From an uncultured Syntrophomonadaceae bacterium (GTDB lineage Bacteria; Bacillota; Syntrophomonadia; Syntrophomonadales; Syntrophomonadaceae): 54,931 nt of DNA. The notes beneath the pieces are model-generated. The model was given only the letters and a program-made list of their open reading frames with translations, was not told where the DNA came from and did no database searches. The first letter of the stretch is position 1. Each line of letters starts with the position of its first letter. Of this stretch, positions 1 to 9,424 are shown in pieces. The translations under genes and the position numbers were made by a program. Where the stretch lies: contig CAZLYH010000003.1 in the NCBI GenBank assembly GCA_964563775.1, positions 1 to 54,931 on the forward strand. The letters run 5' to 3'.

Positions 1-933
1 ATCCAGATCGTCCACGGTTAACCCGGCCTTTTCCAGGGCCTTTCTGGTAGCGGGGATCGGTCCTACCCCCATAATCTTCGGGTCCACCCCGCCGGATGCG
101 TAACTCACGATGCGGGCCAAGGGCTTTACTCCCAGCGCGTCTGCCTTATCTTTGGACATGACCACGCAGGCCCCCGCCCCGTCATTAATCCCTGAAGCAT
201 TGCCCGCTGTCACGCTGCCCTCTTTTTTAAAGGACGGTTTCAGACTGCCCAGCTTTTCAATATCTGTCTTGCGCGGGAATTCATCAGTGTCGAATATGGT
301 TTCGCCCTTCTTGGTTTTTATAACTACGGGGACGATTTCATCCTTAAACCGTCCGGAGGCGATGGCTGCCAGGGCTCTTTCCTGGCTTCTTAAACCAAAT
401 TCATCCTGTTCCTGGCGGGTGATTCCCCACTGCTCATTGATGTTTTCCGCGGTAACCCCCATATGATAATTGTTGAAAGCCTCCCAGAGGCCGTCTTTGA
501 TCATTACATCAATTATGGTTCCCGGCCCCATGCGGTAGCCATAGCGGGCCTTTTCCAGAGCATAAGGAGCGGCGCTCATATTCTCCATTCCACCGGCTAG
601 AATCACATCTGCATCACCGGCCTTGATAATCTGAGCCGCCAGACTAACAGACCGCAGGCCCGAACCACATACCTTGTTGATAGTGAATGCGGTAACCTCC
701 TGGGGAATACCGGCATTAATCATGGACTGGCGGGTAACATTCTGTCCCTGCGCAGCCTGCAGGACACAGCCAAAAATGACTTCTTCCAGCTGATCTCCAC
801 CGATACCGGCTCTGTTCAGGGCCTCTTTCATCACCAGGGACCCCAAATCAACTGCGGGCACATCCTTTAGAGCCCCACCAAAAGAACCTACCGGTGTGCG
901 ACATGCACTCACAATTACAACTTCTCTCGACAT
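1..933 (-). CDS. acetyl-CoA acetyltransferase (thiolase II), N-terminal ~311 codons; the 3' end runs off the window
   Basis: Manual reverse-complement translation from the ATG at 933-931 gives [25 protein letters not shown]...[14 protein letters not shown] (nucleophilic Cys motif)...[17 protein letters not shown]. The frame stays open to position 1. It is absent from the ORF track because it is truncated. Confidence 0.9.
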   Translation of the reverse strand, partial: MSREVVIVSACRTPVGSFGGALKDVPAVDLGSLVMKEALNRAGIGGDQLEEVIFGCVLQAAQGQNVTRQSMINAGIPQEVTAFTINKVCGSGLRSVSLAAQIIKAGDADVILAGGMENMSAAPYALEKARYGYRMGPGTIIDVMIKDGLWEAFNNYHMGVTAENINEQWGITRQEQDEFGLRSQERALAAIASGRFKDEIVPVVIKTKKGETIFDTDEFPRKTDIEKLGSLKPSFKKEGSVTAGNASGINDGAGACVVMSKDKADALGVKPLARIVSYASGGVDPKIMGVGPIPATRKALEKAGLTVDDLD

Positions 934-1067
934 TAACACACGACCCCCCAATTATTTATTCCTATCCCTCACAATCGACAGCGCTGCCTCTAAGATGGCT
1001 CTTCCCCATTGGACTATATCTAGTTTTCTATTCGCTATCCGGGGAAATATTCCCTTCCATAATAGGC

Positions 1068-1099
1068 AAAAAAAAGAACCCCCGCGGGGGTTCTTTTTT
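1068..1099. terminator. bidirectional intrinsic terminator after the etf/Fe-S oxidoreductase operon
   Basis: A8-GAACCCCC-GC-GGGGGTTC-T6. A perfect GC stem is flanked by an A-run and a T-run, 12 nt past the stop at 1111. Confidence 0.85.
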
Positions 1100-1110
1100 A
1101 AGCTGTTTAT

Positions 1111-3261
1111 TTACTCCATGCTTTTCCAAAGCACTTCCGCTACGTCAAATACCTTGGTGGTTTCTTCAGCTTCAGCGGCTTTGACACCATCAGCTATCAT
1201 GGTCAGACAGAACGGGCAGTTAGTAACGATCATTTCGGGATTAGGCACCAATAACTGATCGGTTCGCGTATCATTAATACGCTTGTACTGAATGCCATCT
1301 TTTAATACTGCTTCTTCCTCCATCCACATACGACCACCGCCAGCACCGCAGCAGAAGCCGAAGTTGCGTCCCTTTTCGATTTCCACGATGTTTCCGCCGG
1401 CTGCCTTGATTACACTTCTGGGCTGGTCATACACCGAGTTGTGTCGACCCAGGAAACAGGAATCGTGATAGGTTACTTTGGCTCCCAGCGATTTGGTAGC
1501 TTTTAGCTTGCCTTCCGCTACCAATTGAGCCAGGATTTCTGTGTAGTGATAGACTTCAAAGTTGCCACCCATCTGCGGATATTCGTTCTTGAGGGCGTTG
1601 TAACCATGCGGACAAACTACGATGATCTTTTTGACCCCATAGTTGTTGAAGGATTCCAGGTTCTGTGACACCAGGGTCTGATAAAGGTATTCATTCCCCA
1701 AACGCCGGGCAGAATCACCGCAGCAGAATTCCTCGGTGCCCAGATAACCGAAGCTGACTCCAGCTTTGTCCAGAAGACGTACCAGAGCTTCGCCTACTCT
1801 CTTATAGCGATCATCGAACGATACCGCACAACCAGCATAAAGCAGGTATTCGAAGGGCTTGTTGTCTTCCGGCAACAGATTGACCAGTTCCCGCACCCCG
1901 CGCTCGTTAAGCCATTCAGCGCGATTGGCCCAGCCTACACCCCAGGGGTTGTAGTTGCGTTCCATGTTGGTAAAGGCCATCTGTGCTTCACTGGGCATAT
2001 CACCCTGCCACATAACCAGGTTGCGGCGCATTTCGGCGATCTTGGGAATATGCTCTATAAACATGGGGCAGTGTTCCATACAGGCCCGACAGTTGGTGCA
2101 ATCCCAGATCACTTCGGTAGTCACCACATCATAGAGCAGGCTCTGTTCCATGGGATTGACTTCTTCCGCCGCTTCAGTAGTCATCGCTACTTCTTCCGCA
2201 GCCGCATCGGCGCCACTGGCCTTGAGCTCAAGCAGGTAAGGAGCCTTGGCGTCCAGATGTTTTTTCATGTTTTGAATCAAGGTGATTTTGGGATTGAGAT
2301 GTTTACCGGTGTTAAACGCCGGGCAGTTCTCCTGACAGCGCCCGCAGCGAATACAGGCATCCAGATCCAGCAGGTCTTTCCACCCGAAGTCCTCTATATT
2401 CTCCACGCCGAAAGTGGTGGCTTCTTCAATATTCTCCACCATGCGCAGTGCAGAAGGTTCCAGATCCCGGAAAGCATAATTGAACATGCTGGCAAAAATG
2501 TGCCACAGCTTGGTAAACGGAACCAATGCTATGAACAGGAAGGCGATGGCCATGTGGAACCACCAGAGTATGCGGTGCCACATGAGTACGGAATCAAGCG
2601 AAGCATTGGCAAAGAAAGCCTGGGCAAACATCCAACCGAAAGGAGATGCCTGTTTCTCATAAGCTATTTGTCCCAAAGTGGTGGATAAATCGATCTGGGC
2701 GGCAATCCGCAGGCCCTCGATGAAGTACCCGGTAAGCAGGATGGTGAAAATCAACAGTATCATCCAGCCATCAGCAGCATTGGTATCATTGAGGCGTTCC
2801 GGCTTCTGGATATAGCGGATAATGGCCATAACCGCGATGCCGATCATCGCCAGAAAACCAAACAAGTCTACAATAAAGGACATCCCAATATATAGACCGC
2901 CTGCCAGATGGGGCCAACCGGTAAAGTTATGCATAGCATCCAAACCGGCCGCCATAAACAATAGGAAGAATCCCCAGAATAGGAAGAAATGCATCCATCC
3001 GGCCAGCGGTTTACGTATCACCCTTGCCTGGGCAAAGGTAAAGACGAACCATGAACCGATACGGGCACCGATTTTGTCATTACGGTGCAATTCCCCTTTG
3101 GCCAGCATCCATACTTGAACTTTCTTAAAAAACCCATAAAGGAAGATGCCTATGGGGATAAACATAATGACATAAATCAACCATTCATAGGGAATGTTGG
3201 CGCCGACTTCGCGCATCGGAATGTCAAAGCCGCCTGTTAACGGTTCAAATCCAAAAAACAT
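1111..3261 (-). CDS. membrane-bound Fe-S oxidoreductase: N-terminal polytopic His-containing cytochrome-b-like domain plus an HdrD/GlpC-like domain. Probable Etf:quinone oxidoreductase.
   Basis: 716 aa. Roughly six hydrophobic helices at the N-terminus. Two CxxCxxCxxxCP motifs (CIRCGRCQENCP, CTNCRACMEHCP) and two CCG motifs (FCCGDS, FCCGAGGG). Lies directly downstream of etfBA. Confidence 0.8.
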   Translation of the reverse strand: MFFGFEPLTGGFDIPMREVGANIPYEWLIYVIMFIPIGIFLYGFFKKVQVWMLAKGELHRNDKIGARIGSWFVFTFAQARVIRKPLAGWMHFFLFWGFFLLFMAAGLDAMHNFTGWPHLAGGLYIGMSFIVDLFGFLAMIGIAVMAIIRYIQKPERLNDTNAADGWMILLIFTILLTGYFIEGLRIAAQIDLSTTLGQIAYEKQASPFGWMFAQAFFANASLDSVLMWHRILWWFHMAIAFLFIALVPFTKLWHIFASMFNYAFRDLEPSALRMVENIEEATTFGVENIEDFGWKDLLDLDACIRCGRCQENCPAFNTGKHLNPKITLIQNMKKHLDAKAPYLLELKASGADAAAEEVAMTTEAAEEVNPMEQSLLYDVVTTEVIWDCTNCRACMEHCPMFIEHIPKIAEMRRNLVMWQGDMPSEAQMAFTNMERNYNPWGVGWANRAEWLNERGVRELVNLLPEDNKPFEYLLYAGCAVSFDDRYKRVGEALVRLLDKAGVSFGYLGTEEFCCGDSARRLGNEYLYQTLVSQNLESFNNYGVKKIIVVCPHGYNALKNEYPQMGGNFEVYHYTEILAQLVAEGKLKATKSLGAKVTYHDSCFLGRHNSVYDQPRSVIKAAGGNIVEIEKGRNFGFCCGAGGGRMWMEEEAVLKDGIQYKRINDTRTDQLLVPNPEMIVTNCPFCLTMIADGVKAAEAEETTKVFDVAEVLWKSME

Positions 3262-3353
3262 TACCCTATTCCCTCCTTAAACAACCGAGGTATTTGGTTG
3301 GATACACAGCCAGGCTGCATATCCAACCAATACCATCCCCCCAGCGGAGGAAA

Positions 3354-4310
3354 CTACTTCTTAAGTTCGCTGATGAGAGTGGGAATGACTTTGAACAAGT
3401 CTGCCACAACGCCGAAATCAGCTACATTGAAAATGGGGGCTTCTGTATCGGTGTTAATCGCAGCAATAAACTTGGATGAAGACATTCCGGCCAGATGCTG
3501 AATCGCGCCGGAAATACCAGCAGCAACATACAGGTTGGGGTTAACCACCTTACCGGTCTGTCCGACCTGCAGTTCGTGGCCCAGCCAACCAGAGTCAATA
3601 GCCGCGCGGGAACCACCTACGGCAGCGCCCAGCAGATCAGCCAACTCTTCCACTATTTTAATCCCCTCAGGACCCTTGCATCCACGTCCACCGGAGACAA
3701 CCACTTCGGCCTCGTTCAGTTCGGGCCGGGAGGAAACAGTGGGTTGAAATTCTTTAATGGTCTGATATACATCAGCAGCAGAAGCAGCAACTGCCGGCTC
3801 TACCACTGCACCGGCTCCGGCCGCCTCAGCAACTTCAAATACGCCCGGGCGAATAGTAGCTAATACCGGGCTGGTGGCAACTTCCACCTTGGCCAGAGCT
3901 TTACCGGCATAAATGGCGCGGGTAAAAACACCCTTGCCGGCGCTGAGTTCAGCAGCGATTACGTCAGTCGCCAGACCGGCTTCCAGCTTCTGAGCCAGAC
4001 GGGAAGCAAAATCGCGTCCATTAAAGCTATGTGCAAAGAAAACAGCATTAGGCTGGAACTCGTTAATCATAGCCACCATCTGGGCCACAAAAGCACCAGT
4101 GTTATAGTCAGCGAAAATATCGCCCTCTACAGCGTAAACCTTGTCAGCACCGTACTTGGCAAATTCCGGGGCCAGGGCCTTGACTCCCTTGCCAAACACT
4201 ACTGCACTTACTTCATCCCCGTATTTTTTGGCCTGGGAAAGCATTTCAAAGGTAACCTTACGGATGTTACCATCTCTCTGTTCCACAAATACCCATGTTC
4301 CTGCCATCAT
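3354..4310 (-). CDS. etfA: electron transfer flavoprotein, alpha subunit
   Basis: 318 aa. C-terminal FAD-binding signature [16 protein letters not shown]. Follows etfB by 31 nt. Confidence 0.92.
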   Translation of the reverse strand: MMAGTWVFVEQRDGNIRKVTFEMLSQAKKYGDEVSAVVFGKGVKALAPEFAKYGADKVYAVEGDIFADYNTGAFVAQMVAMINEFQPNAVFFAHSFNGRDFASRLAQKLEAGLATDVIAAELSAGKGVFTRAIYAGKALAKVEVATSPVLATIRPGVFEVAEAAGAGAVVEPAVAASAADVYQTIKEFQPTVSSRPELNEAEVVVSGGRGCKGPEGIKIVEELADLLGAAVGGSRAAIDSGWLGHELQVGQTGKVVNPNLYVAAGISGAIQHLAGMSSSKFIAAINTDTEAPIFNVADFGVVADLFKVIPTLISELKK

Positions 4311-4341
4311 TTACCCTCCTTTTTATCCCGTAATTCTGCGG

Positions 4342-5100
4342 TTATTTCACTTCAACCTTTACCGTATTCTTCATCCAGTCAGCCAATTTGGTGGCACAGA
4401 CCTCGGCTTCGTCCTCGATCTTTACGCCGGCCTGCTTGGCAGCCGGGAGGCTCAATTCGACGATCGTGGTCTTGTTATCGGCTGCAGCAGCTGCTACAGT
4501 GTCCACTGGTTTCTTCTTGGCTTGCATGATACCCTTCATGGAAGGATAACGCGGTTCGTTCCAGCTTACCTGGCTGGAAACAACCGCTGGAAGGCTGACC
4601 TCGGTAATCTGAGTTCCGCCATCAGCTTCACTGCTGCAAACCACTTTGCCCCCGGCAACTTCCAGACTGGTAATTACGTTGATGTGAGGATAGCCCAGAA
4701 TTTCGGCTACACGAGTTGGCACCTGGGAGGAACCGTCATCGGCAGCAACATGACCCGCCAGAACCAAATCAGGATTTTCATTTTTAATAGCAGCACCCAG
4801 CGCTACGGCACGAGCATATTCATCTGCTCCCGCATCCTGAGTAACCAAAATACCGCGGTCTGCACCCATCGCCAAAGCAGTACGAATCGCATCCATGGCC
4901 TTATCGGAGCCAGCAGAAACGACCACAACCTCCTTGGCAACCCCTTTCTCCTTAAGCTGAATAGCGCCCTCAACCGCCACTTCATCATAGGGATTAATAA
5001 TGAGGTTGATACCAGCATCCGAAATCTTGCCATCTTTAAGTTCGATTTTGGCCTCGGTATCAAAGGTCTGCTTCACACATACTAGAACCTTCAAGTTCAT
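4342..5100 (-). CDS. etfB: electron transfer flavoprotein, beta subunit
   Basis: 252 aa. The N-terminus MNLKVLVCVKQTFDTEAKI and the INPYDEVAVEGA motif are typical of EtfB. Confidence 0.92.
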   Translation of the reverse strand: MNLKVLVCVKQTFDTEAKIELKDGKISDAGINLIINPYDEVAVEGAIQLKEKGVAKEVVVVSAGSDKAMDAIRTALAMGADRGILVTQDAGADEYARAVALGAAIKNENPDLVLAGHVAADDGSSQVPTRVAEILGYPHINVITSLEVAGGKVVCSSEADGGTQITEVSLPAVVSSQVSWNEPRYPSMKGIMQAKKKPVDTVAAAAADNKTTIVELSLPAAKQAGVKIEDEAEVCATKLADWMKNTVKVEVK

Positions 5101-5348
5101 TCCTCCTTTTCTTCTAAATGATCAATTCCCTCTACAGTAGAGAAAACGCACCAAGCTTGAAATCAACCACCACCCCCAGAATATGAGTATATCTTTTTGC
5201 CTACGGCAATTTTACCGCCTAGATTGAAGAAAAAAGGAATGTTCCCCCCCAAGAGACATGCCCATTCAAGAGTAAAATTCGCTGTCCACATTTTTTTTCC
5301 TGCTTTTTTATCGTTGTCGAACAAGATTTTGCTGAATCGATTTCTTGA

Positions 5349-6134
5349 CTAAATTTTTTGATAGAAAAACGTAGCAATAGATTGCAGTCCCAGTTCCCTT
5401 GACTGAAAGATTTGTTCGGTACTACCGATAAACAATACTCCCCCGCTGCTTAAAGATTCGGTGAAGCGCTTATAAAGCCTTTGTTTGGTTTCTTCGGTAA
5501 AATAAATAACCACATTGCGACAGAGAACCAGGTCAAACCCTCTGCCAAAAGGCTCCCGGAGCAGGTCATGGTGCTCAAACCGAACCATTTTTTTTATTTC
5601 ATCACTTATACGGTAATACTCATCCTCTTTTTTAAAATACCGGTTTAAATACTGGAGCTGCATGCCCTGTAAAGCTTTGCTGGCGTATAGTCCGGCTTCC
5701 GCTCGCTCCAATACCTCTTTGTCGATATCTGTGGCCAGAATCCGCCCGGAAAGCGGAAAATGATTCTCTTTGGCCAGCATAGCCAGAGAATAGGCCTCTT
5801 CCCCGGTGGAACAACCTGCACTCCATATCTTTAGTCCGGGGCGGTCACGCAAAAGCATGGGGATGATTTCCCGTGCCAGGATGTCCCAGTGGTTGCCGTT
5901 GCGAAAAAACTCCGAGACATTGATGGTAATGTGCTCTAAAAATTTGCGGTAAATTACCCGATCACTCTGCAAAGTATCTATAAACTGACGATAGTCGGCA
6001 ACATTCACCGTGCGCATAAAGCTGTTGATGCGGCGCTCCATCTGCGGCCTCTTGTAAGCGGTAAGGTCAATTTTACTAATACGCCCAAATTTCTTGATAA
6101 ACCATTCCCAGTCAAAGTTTGCCTCCATACTCAC
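5349..6134 (-). CDS. CheR-type SAM-dependent protein-glutamate O-methyltransferase homolog (orphan)
   Basis: 261 aa. CheR N-domain plus SAM-binding motif IWSAGCSTGEEAYSLAML. The GTG start overlaps the hemL TGA stop (GTGA). Confidence 0.8.
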   Translation of the reverse strand: MSMEANFDWEWFIKKFGRISKIDLTAYKRPQMERRINSFMRTVNVADYRQFIDTLQSDRVIYRKFLEHITINVSEFFRNGNHWDILAREIIPMLLRDRPGLKIWSAGCSTGEEAYSLAMLAKENHFPLSGRILATDIDKEVLERAEAGLYASKALQGMQLQYLNRYFKKEDEYYRISDEIKKMVRFEHHDLLREPFGRGFDLVLCRNVVIYFTEETKQRLYKRFTESLSSGGVLFIGSTEQIFQSRELGLQSIATFFYQKI

Positions 6135-7429
6135 GCCTCCTGATTCAGCCCCTTCAAAGCCCTTGCATATGCAGAGATAGTCTTTTCCACATCCTCCAAC
6201 TCATGGGCGGTGGAAATGAAGCTCACCTCAAACTGGGCAGGCGGAATATAGACACCTTCGTTCAAGAGCGCACGGAAAAACCGGGCATACTTTTCGGTAT
6301 CACAGGTCAGAACCTGGGCATAGCTCTCCACCTCCACATCGGTGAAAAAGACACAGAACATTGATGCAAAATGGTTTATGGTGTAGTACAGGTCGTGTTC
6401 CTCAAACAGCGATTTTAAGCGGGTGGCGAGCACGTAAGTCATAACTTCCATACGCTCATACCAATCATTGTCCTGAAGTATCTTCAGTGTAGCCACACCG
6501 GCCGCCATGGCCAGCGGATTTCCCGACAGGGTCCCGGCCTGGTAGACATCCCCCTGCGGAGCTATCCGGGACATAATCTCCTTTTTGCCGCCGTAGGCAC
6601 CCACGGGCAGACCACCACCAATAACTTTCCCCAGGGTAGTGAGGTCGGGACAAACCCCGCATATATTCTGAAATCCCCCATAGCAGGTACGAAAGCCGGT
6701 AATCACTTCATCAAAAATGAGTAAGGTACCATACAAATCGGTAATTTTACGCAGTCCGGGGAGAAATCCCGGCTCCGGTAGTACCAGCCCCATATTACCG
6801 GCAATGGGCTCCACTATTACGGCAGCGATATCAGGTCCGTTTTCCCGAAAAAGCTTCTCTACCGAGGCCAAATCGTTATAGGTTGCCACCAGGGTATGAC
6901 CGCCCACCGACTCCGGCACTCCCGGACTGGTCGGCACTCCACCCGTCATAAGACCTGAACCGGCTTTAATCAAAAAACTGTCCGAGTGTCCATGGTAGCA
7001 TCCCTCAAATTTGACAATCTTGCTGCGCCCCGTGTAAGCACGGGCCAGTCTTATAGCACTCATGGTCGCTTCGGTTCCCGAATTAACCATGCGGACCATT
7101 TCCATGGAGGGAATGGCCTGGCAAATCATCTCTGCCATCTCCAGTTCCGCTTCGCAGGGAGCGCCATAACTGGTCCCCTTCAGCGCCGCCTCCTGCACTG
7201 CTTGTATCACCTGGGGATGACTGTGTCCCAGAATCAACGGTCCCCAGGACCCCACATAATCAATGAACGTATTTCCATCTACGTCCCGGACTTTGCAGCC
7301 GCTGGCTTCCTGTATAAAAAGAGGCTCCATCCCTACCGCTCGAAAAGCCCTTACCGGGCTGTTAACTCCTCCGGGAATATGCTCCCGGGCCCGAGAAAAG
7401 AGTTCCTGCGACTTAATGGTATTTAGCAA
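6131..7429 (-). CDS. hemL: glutamate-1-semialdehyde 2,1-aminomutase
   Basis: IPGGVNSPVRAF and the PLP-lysine region LGKVIGGGLPVGAYGG. I prefer the TTG start at 7429, which follows GGGAGAGG by 6 nt. The ORF track's ATG at 7495 would overlap the upstream gene and add about 22 atypical residues. Confidence 0.9.
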   Translation of the reverse strand: MLNTIKSQELFSRAREHIPGGVNSPVRAFRAVGMEPLFIQEASGCKVRDVDGNTFIDYVGSWGPLILGHSHPQVIQAVQEAALKGTSYGAPCEAELEMAEMICQAIPSMEMVRMVNSGTEATMSAIRLARAYTGRSKIVKFEGCYHGHSDSFLIKAGSGLMTGGVPTSPGVPESVGGHTLVATYNDLASVEKLFRENGPDIAAVIVEPIAGNMGLVLPEPGFLPGLRKITDLYGTLLIFDEVITGFRTCYGGFQNICGVCPDLTTLGKVIGGGLPVGAYGGKKEIMSRIAPQGDVYQAGTLSGNPLAMAAGVATLKILQDNDWYERMEVMTYVLATRLKSLFEEHDLYYTINHFASMFCVFFTDVEVESYAQVLTCDTEKYARFFRALLNEGVYIPPAQFEVSFISTAHELEDVEKTISAYARALKGLNQEA

Positions 7430-7455
7430 AATTATCCTCTCCCGTCTGCCTAAAT

Positions 7456-7935
7456 CTATATATATTCCATACTGACCTTTTTTAATTCCCGACAACTTTT
7501 CAGGACTACATAATCATCCAAACCGCTTTGCCGGGCCATGGACTGTATAGTGCTCTGCAGACTTTCTTCACTGCTGGCATGAACCATGGTAAACAGGTTA
7601 TAAGGGAAATCCTTTGGCACCTCGCGCAGATAACAATGACTGACCTCGCCAAACTGAGCCAGCAAATCTCCACTGCGCTCAGCATCCTCCGGTCTGACTC
7701 TCCAGGCTACCATGGCATTGCTGGAAAATCCGGCCTGCTGGTGACGAAGAATGGCCCCTACCCGGCGCAGGTAACCAGCATCTGATAACCTGTTGATCCG
7801 AGCTAAAATTTCTTTTTCGTCAATCCCCAGCTGCCGGGCCAGTCCAGCAAATGGCCGCGAACTTAAGGGCAGATCTCCCTGCAGAAATCGCAGGACTTCC
7901 CTGTCAATTTCATTCATATTCCTTTTCTCCCTCAA
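7456..7935 (-). CDS. ahbB: siroheme decarboxylase subunit (AsnC/Lrp-like NirD/L/G/H family); the A versus B assignment is arbitrary
   Basis: 159 aa. LRFLQGDLPLSSRPFAGLARQLGIDEKEIL HTH-like N-terminus. Paired with a paralog and the Ahb radical-SAM genes. Confidence 0.75.
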   Translation of the reverse strand: MREKRNMNEIDREVLRFLQGDLPLSSRPFAGLARQLGIDEKEILARINRLSDAGYLRRVGAILRHQQAGFSSNAMVAWRVRPEDAERSGDLLAQFGEVSHCYLREVPKDFPYNLFTMVHASSEESLQSTIQSMARQSGLDDYVVLKSCRELKKVSMEYI

Positions 7936-8395
7936 CCTGAAGCGGAAAACGGACCCGTATTTTAAAAACCCGGGTAGCCGGCAGGCTATAAATGATGGTT
8001 CCGGCTTCCTTCTCCAATCTGGATATAATCTTATCTGCCTCTTCCCTGGAGCTGGCCGTCAGGGTAAACCAGATATTCAAAACATGGTCGCGCACATAAT
8101 TGTGCGTAACTCCTCTTTCCTGATTAATCAGCGCTGCTACACGGTCGATATCCGCATTGGGGATCTGGCAGGCACAGAGAGTGGAGTAAAATCCCAACGT
8201 GCGGGCATCCAGGACTCCACCAATGCGCCGGATCAGTCCCTGGTCCTTGAGCGCCTGAATACGTTCAAGCAATTCATCTTCGCTGATGCCCAAGTTTACC
8301 GCCAGGTCTGCAAATGGTGCCACACTTATAGGAAAATCACCCTGCAAGGCATTCAAGATATGTGCATCCAGTGCCGCCAGCTTTTTACCGGTCAT
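7910..8395 (-). CDS. ahbA: siroheme decarboxylase subunit (AsnC/Lrp-like NirD/L/G/H family)
   Basis: 161 aa. LNALQGDFPISVAPFADLAVNLGISEDELL. Overlaps both neighbouring genes, which suggests coupled translation. Confidence 0.75.
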   Translation of the reverse strand: MTGKKLAALDAHILNALQGDFPISVAPFADLAVNLGISEDELLERIQALKDQGLIRRIGGVLDARTLGFYSTLCACQIPNADIDRVAALINQERGVTHNYVRDHVLNIWFTLTASSREEADKIISRLEKEAGTIIYSLPATRVFKIRVRFPLQVEGEKEYE

Positions 8396-9413
8396 CTTTC
8401 CCCCGCCTTCCCGGCTGGTAACTGCACCAGTTGTCTTCCGCCATCATATCTCCGCCACTATAGTAATAGGCACGAGCCCGGCAGCCTCCGCACCGTTCTC
8501 TAAAGTCACAAATGCCACATTTGCCCTTATACTCGGCCGCTCTCAGCTGCTGCAAAACCGGGTTGTCCCTCCAAATGTCCGCGAAGGATTTTTCACGGAC
8601 ATTGCCCAACTTTATATCCAGATAAGCACAGGGCTGCACCTGACCTACCGGACTAATAATGCAATAACTGATTCCCGCCAGGCATCCCCGGGTAAAGCGA
8701 TGGGAAACTCCTTTTGCCGCCGCAATCCGCATGAACTGTGGAGCACAGGTAGGCTTGATTTCTATAGCTACCTCTTGCTGTTTTTTCATGAGCAGATTAA
8801 TGGTTTTTTCATACTGGGCCACTCGCAGCGCTTCCTGCTCTATGTTTACCGCCCGGCCGGTGGGAACCAGAAAAAAAACGTGGTGCCCCATGGCGCCTAT
8901 GTCAATCGCAAAGTCGGTTAGGGCCTCAAGTTCCCCAACATTCCAGTCCATTACAGTGGTGTGGATTTGTACTGCCAGACCCGCCGCTTTTAAATTGTGT
9001 ATGCCTTCCACCGTTCGCTCAAAAGCTTTATCCAGGTGGCGGAAAACATCATACTTTTGCGGATCAAGGCTGTCCAGGCTAACCCCGGCGGCCTGAAAAC
9101 CGGCCGCTTTCAATTCTCTGGCAACTCCAGGGCTAACCAGGGTCGCGTTCGTCCCCAGGACTGGCCTTAACCCCTGGCTCTGCGCATAATTACCCAGCTC
9201 AAAAAGGTCAGGGCGCATCAAGGGCTCTCCGCCGCTAAAAATCATAATCCTAAATCCGGCCTCCCGGATTTGCTCAATCAGCCTCTTGCCTTCCACCGTG
9301 TTGAGCTCATCACCAAGCCGGGCTCCCGCATCACGATAACAATGGTCGCAGAACATATTACACTGATTAGTGGTATTCCAGGAAACCAGCACCGTATTCC
9401 CTCCCAACAACAA
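8385..9413 (-). CDS. ahbD: radical-SAM/SPASM enzyme of the NirJ/Ahb family; probably heme b synthase AhbD
   Basis: 342 aa. CNMFCDHCY radical-SAM motif and a C-terminal Cys-rich (CGICDFRERCGGC) SPASM-like region. The AhbD name rests on its position next to ahbA, as I recall it for Desulfovibrio, and on its length. C versus D is not certain. Confidence 0.6.
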   Translation of the reverse strand: MLLGGNTVLVSWNTTNQCNMFCDHCYRDAGARLGDELNTVEGKRLIEQIREAGFRIMIFSGGEPLMRPDLFELGNYAQSQGLRPVLGTNATLVSPGVARELKAAGFQAAGVSLDSLDPQKYDVFRHLDKAFERTVEGIHNLKAAGLAVQIHTTVMDWNVGELEALTDFAIDIGAMGHHVFFLVPTGRAVNIEQEALRVAQYEKTINLLMKKQQEVAIEIKPTCAPQFMRIAAAKGVSHRFTRGCLAGISYCIISPVGQVQPCAYLDIKLGNVREKSFADIWRDNPVLQQLRAAEYKGKCGICDFRERCGGCRARAYYYSGGDMMAEDNWCSYQPGRRGKDDR

Positions 9414-9424
9414 TCGTCAGCCTT

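Noticed and set aside
4141-5085. 314-aa plus-strand ORF; similar long antisense ORFs occur at 2050-2688, 20097-21035, 31257-32141, 33912-34661, 39571-40473, 44993-45817 and 50377-50955
   Set aside because: All lie fully inside, and antisense to, genes with unmistakable family signatures (etfB, ubiD, speB, lysR, gdhA and others). Their translations are Ser/Pro/Arg/Gly-rich with no motifs. They are classic shadow ORFs in GC-moderate DNA.
6131-7495. Longest-ORF starts for hemL (7495), speH (23359), fur (39148), the PPIase (41801) and trpS (28650)
   Set aside because: In each case the extension either overlaps the upstream gene or contains a promoter or Fur box, or else it lacks an SD. In every case a downstream start with a good SD reproduces the family-typical N-terminus.
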